Assembly: GCA_014728035.1 (NCBI GenBank)
Contig: WJMJ01000078.1
Coordinates: 96,001 to 160,000, forward strand
Origin: Promethearchaeota archaeon
GTDB lineage: Archaea; Asgardarchaeota; Thorarchaeia; Thorarchaeales; Thorarchaeaceae
DNA length: 64,000 nt
Reading direction: 5' to 3'
Part shown: positions 17,911-27,230 of the stretch, in pieces
How positions within the stretch are numbered: position 1 is the first letter of the stretch
Layout of the letters: the number at the start of each line of letters is the position of its first letter
The notes under the pieces: model-generated
What the model was told of the DNA's origin: nothing
Seen by the model: the letters and a program-made list of their open reading frames with translations, nothing else
Database searches by the model: none
Position numbers and translations under genes: made by a program

Positions 17911-19047
17911 TTAATCGCCTCCCGTTTCCAGTTTTTCTATCAATCGGTCTATATCGTCAAAAGAGTTGTAAAAGTGTGGAGAAACTCTAAGTCTTCCATT
18001 TCGAACAGAACAATGAATACCATCCTTATGTAAATCCTTTTGCAAATCATCTGCACCATGTGGTGCACAAGAAACGATTGCAGATCGATTCTTTTCTGGA
18101 AAATCATAGAATGGAATGGATTCTTCTTCTAATCTCTTACGTAGATAGTCAGCGATAGAAATTGCTGCGTGTTCACGAGTTTCACCGGGTATGCTCAATA
18201 AAACTCTGAGTGACTCGTGGAAGCCAACATAGGCAGCCATAGCTGGAGACCCAACAATGAATCTTGTTGCATCTGGCATTAGTTCTCGTTCGTGGTAGTG
18301 AAATTCCCAGAGATTCTTTACACCCCACCATCCAAGGTAGCGTGGTTTAACTTGTTCAAGTATTTCTTCTTTGATATAAACAAATCCAGACCCAATAGGC
18401 CCGATTAACCATTTTGCGGATTGAGCGGCTGCAAAGTCTACATCCGATAAGACCAAGTCAGTATCCACACATCCAGCAGCTTGAATTATATCTGAAACTA
18501 AGAAAGCATTGCTTTCATGAACTATTTTTGCAAGACCAGACAAATCAATCCTATACCCTGAGGCAAATTGAACCTGACTGACTGATACAACTCGGGTATG
18601 TTTGTCAATTTTTTCAGCAAATCTTTCAATTGGAACTGCACCATTAACAGATTTCACAACTCGTAGTTCAACATCATATAGCTTCGAAATGTTTTGCCAT
18701 GGAACGTAATTAGCAGGAAATTCCAAGTCACATATTACAATGTTTGACCCCTCAGGATATGAAATCCCATGTCCAAAGGCATTGATTCCTTCAGAGGTGT
18801 TAGGGACGAAACCGTATTGCTTGTAATGACCACCCAACAAGTTAGCAAGATGCTCGCGAGTGCTTTTGAGTAATGCAAGGGTTTCCTGAAAAGAACCAAT
18901 AGCTCTGATTTTGTTATCGAGGTATTCCTTCATTGCATCAATAGTGCTTTTTGGAGGGATTCCTGTTGACGCATTATTTAGATAGGTCATATCTTTCAAG
19001 GTGGGAAACTGGGAATTGATTAGTTCCTGATTGATTGTTCCAGACAT
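17911..19047 (-). CDS. Class V PLP-dependent aminotransferase-fold enzyme
   Basis: YLNNAS, NTSEG, EFPAN, DIIQ, AKWLIGP, LRVSPHFYN. Confidence 0.88.
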   Translation of the reverse strand: MSGTINQELINSQFPTLKDMTYLNNASTGIPPKSTIDAMKEYLDNKIRAIGSFQETLALLKSTREHLANLLGGHYKQYGFVPNTSEGINAFGHGISYPEGSNIVICDLEFPANYVPWQNISKLYDVELRVVKSVNGAVPIERFAEKIDKHTRVVSVSQVQFASGYRIDLSGLAKIVHESNAFLVSDIIQAAGCVDTDLVLSDVDFAAAQSAKWLIGPIGSGFVYIKEEILEQVKPRYLGWWGVKNLWEFHYHERELMPDATRFIVGSPAMAAYVGFHESLRVLLSIPGETREHAAISIADYLRKRLEEESIPFYDFPEKNRSAIVSCAPHGADDLQKDLHKDGIHCSVRNGRLRVSPHFYNSFDDIDRLIEKLETGGD

Positions 19048-19130
19048 AGGAAGTCTATGTAGCTTGGCTTCTGATAAAGCTCACTAAAGAACGTCCCCAA
19101 AGTTTAAGACTATCAACCGCACTATGTCGG

Positions 19131-19979
19131 TTGGAGAGAGGTTTGTCCCGAATCAAAAGATGGATCTCCCGACTTAGAGGTACCAGTGAAGAAGAGAACG
19201 AGATAGAGTCTACTGAAACCTCCTCGGAAGAACATAGAAAAGCCAAAACAACCGACAGTTCTAAGACAGTCAGTTCTATGAATCTCACACCACCTCCTAA
19301 TGGAACCTTAATCGCATCTGAGAAAGGAATGCTGATAGATCGTGAGGTTACAACTGAACTAGCTCAAAGGGCTCAAATCACTCGCCAACGGGTAGAAGAA
19401 ATTGTTCCGGGAAAAGCAATAAAACGTGATAAACAAGGGCGAGTTCACATTAAAATCGTGTTCTATGGCCCATCACTATCTGGAAAAACAACAGCTCTTA
19501 GATGGCTTTTTGCAAATGTGCGATCTTTATCAAAAGGAAAAATAGTTGAGATTGCGGATGAGCTAGGACGTACTACATTCTTTGATTTTGTGCCAATTGC
19601 AGCAAACGAGAAAATCGTATTTGATGTCTTTACTGTAGCTGGACAGAGACGTCATGCGCAAAGCAGAATCACAGTTCTTCGTGATGTGGATGGACTGATA
19701 TTTATGGCGGATAGTCAACCAGAGCAAATGAATGAAAATTTGGCTTCCATCCAAGAACTACGTATTGCCCTAGGAACAGATAGACTATCCACGATGCCCA
19801 TTGTAGTATCATTGAATAAAAGAGACCTTCCGAACGCTCTACCCATTGACTATATGGTAAGAATGCTTGACTTAGAAGGGTTACCTGTCTTTCCAACTAT
19901 TGCTACAGAAGGAAAGAATTTACTAAGAATGTTTCAACGTGTTTTGCGTGACGCATTGATTTTCAAGATAGGAATATGA
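19131..19979 (+). CDS. MglA-family small GTPase with N-terminal extension
   Basis: KIVFYGPSLSGKTT, GRTTFFDF, TVAGQ, VDGLIFMADSQ, NKRDLP, TIATEG. Confidence 0.9.
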   Translation: MERGLSRIKRWISRLRGTSEEENEIESTETSSEEHRKAKTTDSSKTVSSMNLTPPPNGTLIASEKGMLIDREVTTELAQRAQITRQRVEEIVPGKAIKRDKQGRVHIKIVFYGPSLSGKTTALRWLFANVRSLSKGKIVEIADELGRTTFFDFVPIAANEKIVFDVFTVAGQRRHAQSRITVLRDVDGLIFMADSQPEQMNENLASIQELRIALGTDRLSTMPIVVSLNKRDLPNALPIDYMVRMLDLEGLPVFPTIATEGKNLLRMFQRVLRDALIFKIGI

Positions 19980-19981
19980 AA

Positions 19982-20722
19982 TTACTCGTCCTTTTCAAGC
20001 AACGGCAATTTCCCTCGTTCAAGTTGTCCAACTAATTCCATCAATTCTTCAATGGCTTCTTCAATGATAATCCGACCCTTATCTGCACTTGCATCCAATG
20101 GATTCCCATAAATCGCATTTGGTAACAAATCTTCACGATATCTAGCAGAAACAATACGGTATTTGGTTTCCACACGACCTGCAACCATCTTCGCTTCATC
20201 AACTAAATCAGGTCTGACAAAAAGCATCTCAGAAGTTTCATCCTCAGCTGCATGACCTTCTGGAGTTGTGAGTACGACTTTTCTAGCTGTTTTGGCAAAG
20301 TCTATCCACCAGTTTACGATTATTACAGCATGTTCGCCTTCCGCGGTTGCTCTCTTTGCAGCTTGTTGCAGCAATGCAGCATTAGGACCGTGTCCATTCA
20401 AAGCAATGATGAAGCGAAATCCGTGATTGAAAACCGACTTCATCACATCATGATAGAGATGAACTAAGGTCTCGGGGGAAACTGATACTGTACCTGCAAA
20501 GGGGTCAAACGACCAGCTATCACCGTAAGGAATTGGAGGAAGCACTAATGCATTGGTTTCTTTTGCTATCTTTTCAGCTAGATAGTCTGGGAGAATTGTA
20601 TCGGTTCCAAGAGGAAGATGTTTTCCATGAGCTTCCAAAGCACCAGTAATTAATACCACAACTTCAGTTCTATTGGATGCATCAATAAAGTCAGGATGAG
20701 TCAGTTCTGTCCAGAGTGGCAT
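19982..20722 (-). CDS. Creatininase family protein
   Basis: EAHGKHLPLGTD, NGHG, HAAEDETS. Confidence 0.9.
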   Translation of the reverse strand: MPLWTELTHPDFIDASNRTEVVVLITGALEAHGKHLPLGTDTILPDYLAEKIAKETNALVLPPIPYGDSWSFDPFAGTVSVSPETLVHLYHDVMKSVFNHGFRFIIALNGHGPNAALLQQAAKRATAEGEHAVIIVNWWIDFAKTARKVVLTTPEGHAAEDETSEMLFVRPDLVDEAKMVAGRVETKYRIVSARYREDLLPNAIYGNPLDASADKGRIIIEEAIEELMELVGQLERGKLPLLEKDE

Positions 20723-20892
20723 ATCAATCTCAACTCTGTGGGGTTAGAAGTATTATATTAAATATTACATCTGACTCGAAAATTAGGATAACTTACCGAA
20801 AAGGTAATTAAACAAATATGTCGTCCAGCTAAATAACGCAAATAACATAGTCTATTTCGTATTATTTGCACTTTATACTTTATCAAATATGT

Positions 20893-21002
20893 AGCCCCGT
20901 GGTGTAGCGGTCCATCATGAGGGGTTCTGGAACCGCTGAGCTTCCAGTGCTCTTCGATAGGATCTCCCCTTGACCCAGGTTCGAGTCCTGGCGGGGCTAC
21001 CA
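20893..21002 (+). tRNA. tRNA-Gln(CTG) with 34-nt intron (20931-20964) at position 37/38; encoded CCA
   Basis: AGCCCCG/CGGGGCT acceptor stem (A1-U72), AGGGG/CCCCT anticodon stem, CTG at 20927-20929, T-arm CCAGG-TTCGAGT-CCTGG; BHB-like TTCT/AGGA helix with GG|A and TC|T bulges. Confidence 0.93.
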
Positions 21003-21286
21003 TTTTTCATCAATCTTTAGACTAAGATGAAATTCTCAATGAGCAGGAACTGCTTTCCAAAAATAGACGTTATCGTTTTTTTATACTCAATACAGGGTTT
21101 TTTATAGAAAACCTATAGATTTATAGGGAAGCCTTTCTACAACGTCATGGAGAAAAAAAACCGCATTATAGAAGTATATTTCTCTTTACGCTTGAATCTG
21201 TCCTTTCCCTCCCGGCGGCCAGACATAGCATAATATAATGCGGAATCTCCACATAATTTTCAAAATTTTACAAAAACAAGCATAAG

Positions 21287-21310
21287 TCTTGGGAATAAAA
21301 ATCCCCAAGA
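21287..21310 (-). terminator. Hairpin downstream of roadblock gene
   Basis: TCTTGGG...CCCAAGA followed by T-rich sequence on the minus strand. Confidence 0.45.
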
Positions 21311-21326
21311 CATTGAATTATTGAAT

Positions 21327-21689
21327 CTATAGAAGGTTCTCGATTTCCTTCTGGGCCCTGTCAACTTCAAATTCAATGAGACCGACTTTAGCATCTGGTG
21401 GTGCAGTTGCAATAAGAATAGTCTTGCCAATGTGTCGTACAATGACTAAGCTGTCTTCCCCATCAATTTCAATCGATTCCATATCTCCCGAATTCAGAAC
21501 TTTTCCAACTCGTGTTCCAATTGAAAGCATTGCTGCACCCATAGCAGCTACGGCTCGTTCATCAACATCAGAGTGCAATGATGCACAAATCAGTTGTCCC
21601 TTGTCAGTAACAAGAGCAGATCCGTTTACATCAGAACCTTGTTCTAAACCTCGTAGGATATCTGTTAAATCTTGTATCTTTTGGCTCAT
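21327..21689 (-). CDS. Roadblock/LC7 (MglB-like) protein
   Basis: VNGSALVTDKGQLI, VAAMGAAML, IEIDGEDS, KVGLI. Confidence 0.9.
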   Translation of the reverse strand: MSQKIQDLTDILRGLEQGSDVNGSALVTDKGQLICASLHSDVDERAVAAMGAAMLSIGTRVGKVLNSGDMESIEIDGEDSLVIVRHIGKTILIATAPPDAKVGLIEFEVDRAQKEIENLL

Positions 21690-21886
21690 TTTAATCCCCT
21701 TGCATTACTAGGACCTCTTCATATATTGAGAGGTTCACTGATTTGGATAACACTCATACTCTTTTAATCTAATTTCGAATGTCCTCAAGACAAGGGTGTC
21801 GATATTTTACATCGAGCATTAATTTACAGTCTTTACAACAACCTTCTTATCGGACAAACTATCTATTTTAATTGGAAGAATGAGAT

Positions 21887-22666
21887 ATGGAAACCGTTGA
21901 GAAAGGCTGGGATGAGTTCTGGGCCGAATTATTTAGAGTCAAACATCGCTCCACTATTCCAGGAATTCAACAATACGATAATCTTGTAGTGGATTTCTGT
22001 ATTGAAACGTTAAAGCTTCAAGAAGGCGATGAGATTCTGGATATCGCTTGTGGTGCTGGAGATCATAGTATCAAATTTGCCCAAAAAGGATTACAAGTTA
22101 CTGGATTTGACATTTCACAAACACTGATTGCCGTAGCAGACAAAAAAGCAAGTGATGCGGGAGTAGAAGTAAATCTCTTTCGTGGAGACATGAGAGAAAT
22201 TAATTTTGTTAAGCGCTTTAGCGGAGCAGTGATACTGAGCCACAGTTTTGGTTTCTTTAACCACGAGGAAAATCTTAGAGTTCTGGAGGGATCTTTCAAT
22301 GCGTTAATTGATGGTGGTCGTCTCCTGCTTGATTTAATGAATCCATATAATCTACCAAAATTCCAGAAAACCTGGTCAAAGATTGAAAACGGGTACCTTC
22401 TTAGCGAACCACATTCACTAGATGCTCCCTCTGGAGTGCTCAAGGGAAGACCTGCTTTATTCGTTGACAGCGAAAAGGCCCGTATTATTCTGATGGATCA
22501 AGATGCAATGTCCAACAACGATATCCGAATGTATACCGCTCTGGAAATTCGAGCCATGTTGGAAGATGTTGGGTTCAAACGAATCGAATTGTTTGGTCAG
22601 AATAAACTTCCAAAGATGCCCTATTCTGCAAATTGCGAACGAATGGTTGTTATTGCTGAGAAATAA
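21887..22666 (+). CDS. Class I SAM-dependent methyltransferase
   Basis: ILDIACGAG, VTGFDIS, GDMR, SFGFF, GGRLLLD. Confidence 0.9.
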   Translation: METVEKGWDEFWAELFRVKHRSTIPGIQQYDNLVVDFCIETLKLQEGDEILDIACGAGDHSIKFAQKGLQVTGFDISQTLIAVADKKASDAGVEVNLFRGDMREINFVKRFSGAVILSHSFGFFNHEENLRVLEGSFNALIDGGRLLLDLMNPYNLPKFQKTWSKIENGYLLSEPHSLDAPSGVLKGRPALFVDSEKARIILMDQDAMSNNDIRMYTALEIRAMLEDVGFKRIELFGQNKLPKMPYSANCERMVVIAEK

Positions 22667-22681
22667 TATCAATTTGCCATA

Positions 22682-23353
22682 TCATTCAAGATGGGGCGGT
22701 AATTGAAGAGTTGTCTCAGGCCCTTGATAAACAGCAGCAATATGCATAATCGTATGACTTAGTATTGCTCCGAGTGGATTGAGACTTATGAGATAGGCTA
22801 TTGTGATAAGACTGTTTCCAATTAAAACGAATGCCATGCTCTTGTTGCGAAACTCTTGATATCCAATATGATACAAAAGAGTCGCGAATATGCTTGCAGC
22901 GAAACTAGTTACTAATGCAATAACTGTTCCCCACCATAAACTAGTAAATCCTACCATTTCGAAGCTTTTCCATATGATAACAACTGGAACAACATTCAGT
23001 ACTAGAGAGTCAATAATTCCATAGATTACACCGAACCAGAGAAGTTGTCCTATTAGTTTACTTCCAGTATTGGTTTGAGATTTTGGTTGATTTCGAACAG
23101 TTTTTACAAGAAATCCTCCAACAATTACTCCCACAACTATACCATATATCCAATTTTCAATAATCAAATTTAGAAAACTGATATTGTTTAGTGAGAAGAA
23201 GAAATATAGAAATACTGACATAATTAGGACATAAGGAATAAGAAAGTACTTTCTTTCAAGCTCTAGCTTGTTTGAAAATATGGCAGAAATGAATAGTCCT
23301 AGCAATCCTGTCAGTAGAATCCAAACTAATGAACCAATGAACACTTCAATCAT
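22682..23353 (-). CDS. Integral membrane protein (possible CPBP/Abi-like)
   Basis: About 7 TM; YHIGY..F and SHTIMH histidine motifs. Confidence 0.65.
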   Translation of the reverse strand: MIEVFIGSLVWILLTGLLGLFISAIFSNKLELERKYFLIPYVLIMSVFLYFFFSLNNISFLNLIIENWIYGIVVGVIVGGFLVKTVRNQPKSQTNTGSKLIGQLLWFGVIYGIIDSLVLNVVPVVIIWKSFEMVGFTSLWWGTVIALVTSFAASIFATLLYHIGYQEFRNKSMAFVLIGNSLITIAYLISLNPLGAILSHTIMHIAAVYQGPETTLQLPPHLE

Positions 23354-23487
23354 GATTATTGAAACCTGTTCTTATGCAATCTAAAGATGATTTTTCTGAC
23401 TAATAGACTTGAAGTTGTCGCAACACGTTTCTTGTCATTATATCCTATGACGATAATCTTTTAAGATTCCATTAGGGCTGTCGCGCA

Positions 23488-23561
23488 AGCCACTGGTATA
23501 GAAAACAGTGACCTCAGCTAGTTCTTTTCGGAACTATACGATTTCAAGTTGGGGTCAGGCT
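23488..23561 (+). promoter_or_regulatory. Structured 5' leader of EF-2 paralog
   Basis: Stems CACTG/CAGTG, TGACCTCAGCT/AGTTGGGGTCA (2 G-U) and TAGTTC/GAACTA, between TATA-like TTTTAAGA (23459) and the start codon. Confidence 0.55.
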
Positions 23562-23577
23562 ATCATGATAAATATGG

Positions 23578-25800
23578 GTGAACAAAGTGGTAAAGATTAA
23601 AGATCCCGACGCGATCAAACGACTAATCAAATCTGATGATTATTCCCACAAGAGAATTGTATCAATTAGTGCACATATCGACCATGGAAAGACTACAACA
23701 TCGGACTATCTCATGCGTCGAGCAGGTCTTATGAGTGACGCTGCAGCTGGACAAGCTCTAATGACTGATAGTGATGAGGAAGAACAAGAGAGAGGTATAA
23801 CTATCTTTACTAGTGTCGTTCTTCTCAACTTCGAAGTTGATGACCAAGAATATCTGGTGCAACTATCAGACACTCCTGGACACCTTTCCTTCACTGGAGA
23901 AGTATCACGTGCATTGCGTGCTAGCGATGGAGCAGTTATCCTAGTAGATGCACTTGAAGGTGTAATGACTCAGACAGAAACGAATATCCGGCTAGCTGTA
24001 GGTGGAGAAGCTTGCAAACCAGTCCTATTCATCAACAAGGTTGACCGATTAATTAACGAATTGAAATTACCTCCTAAGAAGGTCTACGAACGAATTGACA
24101 TTATTATTGCCAAGGTAAACGAATTAATCAAAAAGGTAGCACCTGCTGAATTCGGTCCAGATTGGCGTGTCAGTTTCCAAGAAGGTACTGTTGCTATTGG
24201 AAGTGCAAAGACTGGCTGGGCTTTTACGATGAAAACTCTTGAAAAGAGAGGTATCAAACCACTTGTTGTCTTTGAGAAATATGATGAGGGTGATGAACGT
24301 TGGCTCCGTGAAAACCTGCCATTGGATGAAGCTCTCCTAGAAATGATTGTATACCATCTACCAAATCCAAAAGATGCACAGAAATACAAGATTCCAAGAA
24401 TCTGGACTGGAGACCTAGACAGCCCTGAAGGAAAAGCATTGCTATCCTGTGATAGAGATGGTCCTCTATTGGGAATGATTACAAAAATCTTTGTGGACCC
24501 AAAGAGTAAACGTCCTACTTTGATCGGTAGAGTATTTTCTGGAACGTTACGTTCAGGTCAAGAAATTCGATTAGTCGGAATGAAACAAAACGCTCGTGTA
24601 CGCCGACTTGGTGTTCAAGAGATAACAGATATTCTAGACATGGAAGAAATACCTGCAGGAAATCTGTTCTCGATTTTCGGATTCATGTGTCCATCAGGAG
24701 AATCGTTCACAGACCCCGACTCCGAAATGCAAGGATTTGAACAGATTGAGTATGTTAGCGAACCTGTCGTGAGTAGAAGCATTAAGCCAGTTGACCCACA
24801 GGATATTGCCAAGCTTGGTGAAGTGGTTTCAAAATGGATTATGGCAGATCCTACAGCACGATTTGTCCATGACAAGGAGTCTGGTGAATATCGACTTGAT
24901 GGAATCGATCCACTTCAGATTGAGATTCTTACAAAACGTGTACACGAACAGGTGAAGATTCATGTTTCTGAGCCGATTATTGTATACCGTGAGAAAATTC
25001 ATGAACGTGGTGACGAATTCCACACAAAGTCACCTAATGGTCACAACCGTCTACGACTATACATAGAACCACTTGATGAGAAAACTGTTGAGCTGATAAA
25101 GAAGAATAAGATCAAGGCTGAACAGAACGCTCGCGAACGTGCAAGAATACTTCGTGACGAAGCAGGCTGGGATGCAAAAGAAGCAAGAAAGATTCTTGAT
25201 ATCTATGAATCATGTATGCTTGTTGATGCTATGAGTGGAGTGCAGAGATTTGATAGAATCTACTCGTATCTCGAAACTACTTTCAGAGAGTTTGTTGATG
25301 AAGGACCACTCGCTCACGAACCAATTATGGGTGTAAAGGTCGTCTTGACTGATGCAACTGTTCACAGTGATCCTGCTCACACAGGATATAATGAAGTTGC
25401 TACCATGACTAGCGCTGGTCTCAATCTATCATTCTTAACAGCAAAACCACAGCTTTACGAACCAGTTCTCAATGCTGATATCAAGACCCCTACTGATACT
25501 CAAGGTCAGGTCATCAAAGTACTAACGGGTCATCGTGGCCAGATTGTAACCATTGAAGGCGAGGAGGATTCTGTAACCGTGAAAGGTACTCTTCCAACCG
25601 CTGAAACAATTGGTATTGCTGATGAGTTCCGAAGTGCAACAGCTGGAAGAAGCTTCTTTGGATACGAATTCCGTGGCTTTGAACCACTGCCCTCAAACAT
25701 GCAAGAACCCAAAGTGCTTGAAATTAGAGCACGGAAAGGTATGCCTGAGGAACTACCCAACCTTGGTTCTTGGAGCCGATGGGTATACAAACGAACCTAA
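23578..25800 (+). CDS. Elongation factor 2 paralog (aEF-2p-like translational GTPase); likely start GTG 23587
   Basis: AHIDHGKTT, ERGITI, DTPGH, NKVD, KSPNGHNR; divergent HSDPAHTG and GIDPLQIE motifs; SD GGTGA at 23577-23581. Confidence 0.88.
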   Translation: MNKVVKIKDPDAIKRLIKSDDYSHKRIVSISAHIDHGKTTTSDYLMRRAGLMSDAAAGQALMTDSDEEEQERGITIFTSVVLLNFEVDDQEYLVQLSDTPGHLSFTGEVSRALRASDGAVILVDALEGVMTQTETNIRLAVGGEACKPVLFINKVDRLINELKLPPKKVYERIDIIIAKVNELIKKVAPAEFGPDWRVSFQEGTVAIGSAKTGWAFTMKTLEKRGIKPLVVFEKYDEGDERWLRENLPLDEALLEMIVYHLPNPKDAQKYKIPRIWTGDLDSPEGKALLSCDRDGPLLGMITKIFVDPKSKRPTLIGRVFSGTLRSGQEIRLVGMKQNARVRRLGVQEITDILDMEEIPAGNLFSIFGFMCPSGESFTDPDSEMQGFEQIEYVSEPVVSRSIKPVDPQDIAKLGEVVSKWIMADPTARFVHDKESGEYRLDGIDPLQIEILTKRVHEQVKIHVSEPIIVYREKIHERGDEFHTKSPNGHNRLRLYIEPLDEKTVELIKKNKIKAEQNARERARILRDEAGWDAKEARKILDIYESCMLVDAMSGVQRFDRIYSYLETTFREFVDEGPLAHEPIMGVKVVLTDATVHSDPAHTGYNEVATMTSAGLNLSFLTAKPQLYEPVLNADIKTPTDTQGQVIKVLTGHRGQIVTIEGEEDSVTVKGTLPTAETIGIADEFRSATAGRSFFGYEFRGFEPLPSNMQEPKVLEIRARKGMPEELPNLGSWSRWVYKRT

Positions 25801-25811
25801 AATGAATCAAT

Positions 25812-25836
25812 AAGTGACGGAATCCCGTCACTTTTT
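25812..25836 (+). terminator. Hairpin plus T tract after EF-2 paralog
   Basis: AAGTGACGG-AATC-CCGTCACTT followed by T-rich sequence. Confidence 0.65.
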
Positions 25837-25894
25837 CATTTCTTTTTCTCAAAGCAGTTATTTGCTAGTCTGATGTTATTTGTTATGAAATATT

Positions 25895-27217
25895 ATGCCA
25901 ATTGATGTCAAGACAGAATTGGAAACTCTCGTAGCCTTTGATACCACTAATGATTCCACCATTGGGAAGAAAGCAGATCCGGATTGTGCACGGTACATAA
26001 ATCAAAGACTATCCGAGTTTGGTTGCGAAACTGAATTATTGGAGTCAAAAGGATATCATACCGCATTTGGAATCAATGGGGATAGTGGACCGAAAATTCT
26101 CTTTTTAGCTCACTTTGATGTTGTACCTCCTGGAGAAGGCTGGAATAGCGATCCTTTCAAGCTTCATGTTGAGGAAGATAAGGCATATGGGAGGGGTACA
26201 TGTGATAACAAGGGAAATATTGTTTCCATGATATTATTGGCGGAAACACTACAAAAATCGCCTATTCCTGCGAGAGTTATGTTGGCAGCATCTGGTGATG
26301 AAGAAATTGGAGGGGCAAATGGGGCTGGATATCTGAAAGAATATTTGAAAAAGCACGATTTATTCCCGGATTATATTGTGATTGCAGATGGAATAAATCA
26401 AGTCATAATTCACCGGAGGAGGAATATTCTTCCAACCTACATCAAAGCACAATCCAAGCCTCTCAAAATTAAGGGCACTCCAGAAACTATCCGATTTAAA
26501 ACCGATATCTTTGGTAGCGAATCTCGCCACTCTGCTTATCAACGGCTGGGTGTTGACAGGCACGCTATGCTAGCTGCATCAAAATACCTTGACCTCAAGG
26601 GTTACACGAAGGTATGTGCAATCCGAGGGGGATTTGTGAAATCCAATGTTATTCCGGATTGGGTTGAACTTGATGTAGTTCATCCTGAGGAAAGCGGTGA
26701 ATTGATTGAGTATGACGCAAATCTCACTGGTCTAATTCACTCCTTATTGGCTATTACAGCAGCTCCTTATCACACCGAGCATTCTGATCTAGGTACTATT
26801 GTATCTCCAAATCTTGCAAGTCTAAAAGATGACACTTGGTCATTCTATCTTGACATCCGTGCAATGACCAATGATGGTGATGCTGTTCAAACTGCTTTTG
26901 AACGAGCTCTTGAAGGGAAGGTAGATGATGCATCTGTAAAGGTGCATACTGGAATCGGATTTGTTGACTCTCGTCCTGATTCTAAATTGATTCAGGCTGC
27001 AGAATGGGCTCTACAAAAAGAAAATATTCGATACAAACTCATAGAAGGATATGGTGCTTCAGACTCTCGCTATTTTGCTGGTCATGGCTCTGACCTTTTT
27101 GACTTTGGCCCACGAGGTGAAAACCTCCATGGACCAAATGAATGGGTATCTCTGAAGTCTCTCAGTGAAGATGCCAGATTCTTTTACACCCTTGTTGAAA
27201 GACTTAGCAGAGACTAA
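25895..27217 (+). CDS. M20 family metallopeptidase (ArgE/DapE-like)
   Basis: AHFDVVP, GRGTCDNKG, DEEIGG, GASDSRY, HGPNE. Confidence 0.9.
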   Translation: MPIDVKTELETLVAFDTTNDSTIGKKADPDCARYINQRLSEFGCETELLESKGYHTAFGINGDSGPKILFLAHFDVVPPGEGWNSDPFKLHVEEDKAYGRGTCDNKGNIVSMILLAETLQKSPIPARVMLAASGDEEIGGANGAGYLKEYLKKHDLFPDYIVIADGINQVIIHRRRNILPTYIKAQSKPLKIKGTPETIRFKTDIFGSESRHSAYQRLGVDRHAMLAASKYLDLKGYTKVCAIRGGFVKSNVIPDWVELDVVHPEESGELIEYDANLTGLIHSLLAITAAPYHTEHSDLGTIVSPNLASLKDDTWSFYLDIRAMTNDGDAVQTAFERALEGKVDDASVKVHTGIGFVDSRPDSKLIQAAEWALQKENIRYKLIEGYGASDSRYFAGHGSDLFDFGPRGENLHGPNEWVSLKSLSEDARFFYTLVERLSRD

Positions 27218-27230
27218 ACGGTAATACTAT

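Noticed and set aside
17911-19047. Selenocysteine lyase / cysteine desulfurase call
   Set aside because: The catalytic Cys loop (SACS or RxGHHCA) is not evident; kept as a generic class V PLP enzyme
20758-21003. 81-aa ORF
   Set aside because: Antisense to tRNA-Gln; spurious, as is 57031-57246 over tRNA-His
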